Origin: an uncultured bacterium
Lineage (GTDB): Bacteria > Patescibacteriota > Gracilibacteria > Absconditabacterales > Absconditicoccaceae
Direction: 5' to 3'
Assembly (NCBI GenBank): GCA_963531535.1
Contig: CAUSGX010000001.1
Span: 39,962 to 103,961, forward strand
DNA: 64,000 nucleotides
Shown here: positions 57,550-64,000 of the stretch, piece by piece
Layout: every line of letters begins with the position of its first letter
Position numbering within the stretch: position 1 is the stretch's first letter
Notes under the pieces: model-generated
Database searches by the model: none
Told to the model about the DNA's origin: nothing
The model's input: the letters and a program-made list of their open reading frames with translations, nothing else
Program-made: the position numbers and the translations under genes

Positions 57550-58287
57550 CTAAAACATTCTTCAAGGGAATCCAAATAAGTTCCACACAACACCAAAACC
57601 TAATCATTGGCTACTCCAGTGCCAAAGCGGACTCTGAACAATCATATAACGCTGATACCAAGAGGGATTTCTCGAAGATACCGAAGATGCTCGATCCACT
57701 TTAGGAGCAAAGGAAGCCCGTATCTTATCTAAAGGTTGATAATCCCATGCAGGGCCGGGAACAATGTTGTTGTCGTCCGTCCAAGCAAGAATTTTCCACT
57801 CTCCTTTAGGATCCTTTTTGATACTAAATGAATAGTTCATACCTCCAGCCTGTAAGTTAGGTTGATCAGGATTTCCCTTAGGAAGCTTGTATTGGAGAAC
57901 TACATCGTCTAATACCCATCTATCCTTTTCAAATACAATCTTACTATACTCTGCAAGTTCAAAATGTCCAGAATAAGATAGAAGCTTATCTCTTCCTTTC
58001 CTGAGATAGACAGCACGATCTATTCTCTGCTTAAGGTTTGGGTCAGGATTGACCAGATACTGATCCCACTGGGGAACAGAATCTCTGCCTAAAGCATAAT
58101 TATACTGAGCCTCTACAAATGCATCAATAAGTGGCAAAGTTTCCTTTACCACTTCCTGAGCCCTGTACCTAGCCATTGGCTTAGATGGAGCTTGAATAGT
58201 TCGCTCATCTGAGGCACTACATCCAACGAAATAGGATACTACCATAACGAGTGCTAGTACTACTAGCGAACGCACTTTTTTCATCAT
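57550..58287 (-). CDS. lipoprotein, tandem paralog 1
   Basis: ATG 58287 to TAG 57550-57552. Lipobox SYFVGC. The tail after TGA 57604-57606 is conserved in paralog 2. Confidence 0.7.
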
Positions 58288-58410
58288 GATACAAAATATA
58301 TTAGAGATAAGAACTATTACAATCAGTAAACTCGCATTTTATGCAGATTTTCCCTATCTTTTTATAAGGAAATAAAATTACCCAATATCTTCAAGAGAAG
58401 AATAAGATTT

Positions 58411-59139
58411 CTAAAATATTCTTCAAGGAAATCCAAACAAGTTCCACTCAACACCAAAACCTAATCGTTGGTTATTCCAGTGCCAAAGTGGACTCTCAAT
58501 GATAAGATAACGATCATATCAAGAGGGATTTCTCGAAGATACCGAGGATGATCGATCAACTCTAGGAGCATTTCCGTCTATCTCTGGATAATCCCACGCA
58601 GAAGAATAAGGCAAAATATTTACATCATCCCTCCAACTGAGAATTTTCCATTCTCCTTGAGCATTTTTTTTGACACTAAACTGATAATTCATTCCTCCCT
58701 GTGTCATTATCGGATCTTTAGGATCCCCTTGAGGAAGTTCAAACCAGAGAAGGACATTATCTAATACCCATCTATCCTTTTCAAATGAAATCTTACTGTA
58801 TTCAGTAGTTTTAAAATGTCCAGAATAGGAGAGCATTTCAGCGACACCTTTCCTGTTATAGACGGCACGGTCTATTCTCTGCTTAAGGTTTGGCTCGGGA
58901 TTGACCAGATACTGATCCCACTGAGGAACAGAATCTTTGCCCAAGGCATAATTATACTGAGCATCTACAAATGCTTGGATAATTGGCAAAGTTTCCTTTA
59001 CCACATCCTGAGCCTTGTACTCAGCCATTGGCTTAGATGGAGCTTGAATAGTTTGCTCATCTGAGGCACTACATCCAACGAAATAGGATGCTACCATAAC
59101 AAGTACTAGAACAATTAGTGAACAAATTTTCTTCATCAT
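58411..59139 (-). CDS. lipoprotein, tandem paralog 2
   Basis: ATG 59139 to TAG 58411-58413. Lipobox SYFVGC. High identity to paralog 1, including upstream non-coding DNA. Confidence 0.7.
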
Positions 59140-59344
59140 ACAACATATATTAGAAATAAGAACTATTACAATCAGTAAACTCCCATTTTATTCAGATTTT
59201 TCCTATTTTTTCTATCAACTTACTAAGAAATGGTATAAAACCATACCAACAAATCAAGAGAAAATCTGATTCAATCAATAATATATTTGATTTTTTGCTT
59301 ACAATATCTATATATAATCTATATTTTACACAACAACTCTTCTG

Positions 59345-59968
59345 ATGAGAAAAAAAGCTTTTACCCTCATAGAAATTCTGATCGTCATCGTGATTTTCTG
59401 AGTTGGAATCCTAGCGATTCTCTCGATCATGGCTAATAGCGTCAAAAACTTTGATACCATCAATATGCAGACAAGAGCTACACTTTTAGCAAAAGAAGGA
59501 ATCGATCTCGCATTTCACCATAGAGATAGTAACCTCGAACAAGGTTATCCTCGGGACTACTACACACGGACCGGAAATAACGACTGAGGAAATGAAGAAT
59601 TTCTCTGAACAGGCTGAAATACCACCTTCAAAATCGGACTTTCAGTCGATAAAAATAAAAATCCCTATTACCTCCTAGAAAAAATAACAATCTGAAAATA
59701 CACAGCGGATACTTTTGATGAGTATTTCAAAACTTTTGCTCTTGAACTCACAAAACTTAAACCCCAAGAAAATATTACGCTCTATACCTATAAAGCAACA
59801 ACCGAGACTCCAAACAAAGGCTATGCTAGACGAATTGAATTTGTCCCCCTCAAGATTGAAAACTTAAAGCTTCTAAAAGTCACTTCCCATGTGATTTATA
59901 AAAGATGAAGTTTCACAGGAGAAGTTGTCCTAGAAAGCTTCCTCTGACCTAGAGATTCAGAAAGATAA
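59345..59968 (+). CDS. type IV pilin-like protein (prepilin N-terminal methylation motif)
   Basis: ATG 59345 to TAA 59966-59968, 207 aa. MRKKAFTLIEILIVIVIF-G-VGILAIL. Confidence 0.8.
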
Positions 59969-60005
59969 AAATCTGATTTCCATTTTCTTTACTCCTCATA
60001 TTCCT

Positions 60006-60737
60006 ATGAAAAATAAAGCATTTACTCTCGTTGAAATTCTGATTGTAGTCTGACTTTTCTGACTTCTTTCTGGGATTATTCTCCAAACCTATACCACTAT
60101 CTCTAGAATTTCCTATCGTATCCAGCAGGAAAAAGAAATCGCAAAAGAAGCCCTTGTTTTGACCCAGGTCTTAGAAAACCTCGCTCAGACGACGACAATT
60201 AACGACTCAAAATATAGATATTCGGATCTACAATCATCAGGGGGAATGGTCTCTGAACTCCACCTCAAAGATGAGAAAAATCAAGGAATAAGCATAAACA
60301 CTACCGGAACTTGTTTCCAAGCCTCTGAGCTCCGAGAACAAAAACAACTTGAACTTCTCCCAGTAGAAAAAGAAGGAACTCTCAAAAACATCAGAAATTC
60401 CAATTGCAAACTCATACTTAAAAAAAACAAAGAGGAAATCACACTTCTAGACAGCAAAAAATTCAACATTAGCCAGGCCCAGTTTAAAATTATCCCTTTC
60501 ATCTCTAACCAAGACCTACAGAAAATATATGAAATCGAAAAACAAGATTCTAATATAAAAGAACTTCCACCAGCAGGGAAACCAGGTTTTTGGCTCTTTA
60601 TTACACTCACGAGCAAACACTACACACCGAGCCAACGAAGCAATAATGTCGTATTACCACTCCAAACATTTGTTTCACTCCAGTGAACAACTCCTAGTAT
60701 TTATTCTCCAGTAAAAAATGAGAAACCAACTGACTAA
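60006..60737 (+). CDS. type IV pilin-like protein
   Basis: ATG 60006 to TAA 60735-60737, 243 aa. MKNKAFTLVEILIVV-G-LF-G-LLSGIIL. Overlaps the next gene by 20 nt. Confidence 0.75.
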
Positions 60738-61497
60738 TCCAAGAGGTAATATCATCCTCCTCGCACTTTTTGTTCTCTTTGCAAGCTCCTTGATTGGACT
60801 TTTGATCAGTATGATGATGAGAGGTTTTTTGAGATATAGTGAAGATATCGCCAGCTACCAAAAAGCCTCATATCTCGCAAAAGCTGGAGCTGAAGTATGA
60901 TTTCTCCTTACCAACACTACAAAAGCAAACTTTAACTATACTCTAGGAGAAGAAGATAAAAAGAATATTCTAAACAACTTTACCTGTAAGAGAGAAAAAG
61001 AAGAAAACTGAATTTGTCCAGATTTTAACCTCAATCTCAAGATTACCTGACTCTGAGATTCGCTGAACAACTGCTCTAATGATAAGATCACACTCAGCTG
61101 AGGACAATCAATCATTATCCCAGCATTTTATGCAAACAAGGTATGATTATGATGAAATCAAATGGGACAAGTAAAAATTTCAACCATCGCCATCGAATGA
61201 GACAGTAATAGCCTAAAAAAGACAATCGCAACCTATGATCAAAACAACACTCTCACACTAGAAGAATGGAAGAACGAGACAACCTCGAATACCAATAGCT
61301 ATTTCATTCTCTCAAACACCTGACAAGCCGCAGTACAAATCTGCCCATCTTGAGAAAATATCCCACAAGAAAATATCAAAATCCTCTCAACTGCAACCTT
61401 CAGAGATAAAACCATCTGAAAAGAATATCTCTCAACACAAAAATTGCCAGACTTCCTCAAGTCTGACAACTATCTAAAAACAGAACAAAATAACTAA
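60718..61497 (+). CDS. minor-pilin/PilX-like protein
   Basis: ATG 60718 to TAA 61495-61497, 259 aa. N-terminal hydrophobic helix GNIILLALFVLFASSLIGLLI. About 12 TGA. Confidence 0.6.
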
Positions 61498-62936
61498 GCC
61501 GACAACAATCTTGTCATAATCTCCTGAATCTGCTTTGGATTGGCCTTTCATTGCGTTTGTTTCATCACCTGCCCAACAAAAAATCCAATCACAGTAACCT
61601 TTCCACCTTTATACTGCTCAACAATCTGAGGGTTTGCATCTAAAACACCCTTCGCGACTTCAATAATCTCATCTTCACTAACAGCCGGTGCATCAAATCA
61701 TTTCTCCTTGATAATTTCTTGCAAATCACCTCACTGATTGAGCAACTCATCCATCAAAATCTTCAACTGATTCTCTATCAATTTACCTTCTTCTGCAAGC
61801 TTAAAAAAGCTGATTAATTGCTCCTTATCAATTTTTAAATCAGAAATCGCAACCGCATTCGCAGTCATATAGGCACTGATCGGACCTGCAATCCACTTCG
61901 CTACAAGCTTTGGTCAAAAGCCCATTTTCACCAAGTCATAGAAAAAATCTAATACTTCCTTATCATTGATCAAAACATTGATAAACTCCTTATGAAAACC
62001 AAAATCAGATTTCATTTCTTTAATTTTTTCATAAGGAAGCAAGATATCACTAGCATTCACCTCATCCAAGAGCTCATTTTTTAGCTGAAGCTCTGGCAAA
62101 TCAGGCTCTGGGAAATATCTATAATCAAGTGCATCTTCCTTGCTCCTCATCGTAAAGGACATACCTTTCAGATCATCTCGTCTTCTTGTCTCCTGATTGA
62201 TTGGCTCATTTGTTTCTCGGCACGCAAGCTGTCTTTTTACCTCAGTTTCAATCGCTCTTTTGATCGCAGAAAACGAATTAATATTTTTGAGCTCAACTCT
62301 CGTTCCAAATGGTGCATCAAGTGAAGGTCTAATCGAAACATTTACATCAACTCTCATCTGACCTTTCTCCATATCAGCATCAGAAATCTGATTATATTTT
62401 GCGATCCTCTGAATCTCCTTTGCAAAAGCAACAGCCTCATCAGCGCTCTGAAAATCTGGTCCTGTCACAATTTCTATTAACGGCGTTCCTGCACGGTTAA
62501 AATCTAACAACATTTTACCATTATAATGCAATACTTTAGCAGTATCACACTCCAGATGTGCATCAGTAATCGTTACGGTTCTCTCCTCATCAAAGGTCTC
62601 AGAAAAGAAAGAAAGCTGACCGTTAACATTGATCGGACGATAAAACTGCGTAATCTGGTATCCCATCGGCAAATCTGGATAAAAGTACGACTTTCTATCA
62701 AATGATGAAGGATTTTGAACCACACATTTGAGCGCTTTCCCTAAAAGAAGCCCCTTTTTTACAACTTCTTCACTGAGTTGCGGCAAAGCACCAGGTTGCC
62801 CTGTACATACTGGACATACTGTTGTATTTGGATGATTATCATCCAGATTTTGCTCATTTTTACAGGGACAAAAAATCTTGGTCGCTGTCGCTAGTTTCAA
62901 ATGAATCTCCAGCCCAACCGTAATCACATACTCCAT
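61494..62936 (-). CDS. gatB: Asp/Glu-tRNA(Asn/Gln) amidotransferase subunit B
   Basis: ATG 62936 to TAG 61494-61496, 480 aa. [35 protein letters not shown]-terminal YqeY-like domain. The stop overlaps the convergent stop at 61495-61497. Confidence 0.92.
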
Positions 62937-63120
62937 CACCTCATTTCAAAAGAATAAAAACTCTGATTATCTATAGCGATTTTTATCCCTAAAACAAACG
63001 TTTTTTTATATTCAGTTTTTTCTTTTATTGCATTTTTCTCAAGAAACCTCAATTAAACATACAAGGGAACGAGTGAATAGAAACGAATAATATACATATA
63101 ATATAAAGGCATACTACCTT

Positions 63121-64000
63121 TTATCTGCTAAAAGTTCAGCTATTTCAATGCCCTATAGTAGCTGAAAAATCAGCATAAAACTTCTCATAGGTTCAGTGAG
63201 GATTCTGCACAACACGGGACAAGATACTAGAAGCATGATTTATAAGATCCTTGATCCTTTCCATGGTACAATCATCCCTCATAAAAATGTGCAAAAGATC
63301 TCTAAGATACGATTGAAAGAGCTGATCTGCAGCAGGAACCAATTGACTATTTCTTTCCCTATTAGGATCCATTCCATACTGTCTAGCTAAAAGATTATAA
63401 AGCTGAATCTTCATATGAGTAAACTCTTTAGCATAAAGGATTGAATCATTATATTCAGTAGATTGTCATTGAATAGGTGAGGTTCCCGTTGCCTCCCAAA
63501 CTCTTCTTCAGTTCTCCCCTTTCTTATGAACATAATCAGCAGAAACAACACGAGCAAAAAACTCAGTTTTAAATCTAGCATTAACATCTCCATTATACTG
63601 ATTAATTGCATTACTAATGATCTCGATCGCTGGAAGACCAGATGAATCTTGATCAATTTTATTAAGAAGATAATCACACTGAAACACCAAATGAGAAGCT
63701 TCATGATAAACAACATCAAGAAGACTTTGCTTATCTGTGAACGCTTGGGGATCAAAAGAAATAACCGGATCAAACTTAAAATTACCAGAATTAGAAAGTT
63801 TAATACCACAACTTCACTCAGCCTTATGAAAAGGCTGACTAATGTATTGTCTTCCAATCCTAAAAATATTCTCAATACTCTGAGCATGATACAAAATTAC
63901 ACGTATAGACTCAGGATTTCTCACCCCCATCACACGAATATTTGCTTCAACCGAATCAAGGTAGACCTGTTTAAGCTCATCAATTGTAACCTGAGGGCTG
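63121..64000 (-). CDS. HExxH-motif protein (putative zinc metallopeptidase), 5' partial
   Basis: The frame containing track ORFs 63193-63414 and 63508-63690 is open from the window edge to TAA 63121-63123 with TGA=Gly. Motif: LDVVYHEASHLV. No family assignment. Confidence 0.55.

Noticed and set aside
63411-63887. 158-aa ORF (MLRVLRIFLGLEDNT...) as the gene in this region.
   Set aside because: Its sequence is low-complexity and hydrophobic. A different frame on the same strand carries HEASH and protein-like sequence, and it joins ORFs 63193-63414 and 63508-63690 through TGA codons.

Overview
AT-rich 64-kb chromosomal window. The organism clearly reads TGA as glycine (translation table 25), as in Gracilibacteria/Absconditabacteria-type candidate-phyla-radiation bacteria. 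The supplied standard-code ORF track is therefore fragmented, and its leading M is sometimes TTG or GTG. Reading TGA as Gly fuses the pieces into about 60 tightly packed genes. Housekeeping genes: asnS, tyrS, pnp, infB, tgt, lysS, gatB, rny, map, gpmA, rpsT, xth, an ABC-F ATPase and a RumA-type methyltransferase. Nucleotide salvage genes: an archaeal-type AMP/thymidine phosphorylase, tdk, a tmk-like kinase and dut. There are 11 tRNAs, in two arrays flanking rpsT plus one singleton. The accessory cell-envelope and mobile-like complement is large. It includes six VirB2/TrbC-like pilin paralogs, a PrgI-like gene, a stand-alone VirB4 N-terminal-like gene, three type IV (pseudo)pilin genes, DUF4012, a HEPN-motif protein, an SLH-esterase interrupted by TAG, tandem lipoprotein paralogs and several orphan secreted proteins. 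No rRNA, CRISPR array or transposase was seen. The most unusual signals are listed here. (1) A GC-rich, multi-hairpin element at 41840-41948 whose helices need G-U pairs on the + strand. (2) A 13-bp palindrome, AAAATC-N-GATTTT, recurring in many intergenic spacers. (3) A ~216-bp direct repeat that duplicates the promoter and first 13 codons of a wHTH gene and brackets a 1.3-kb cassette. (4) Small ORFs whose first TGA sits directly on an intrinsic terminator. (5) Recent in-gene duplications and a gene-conversion tract.
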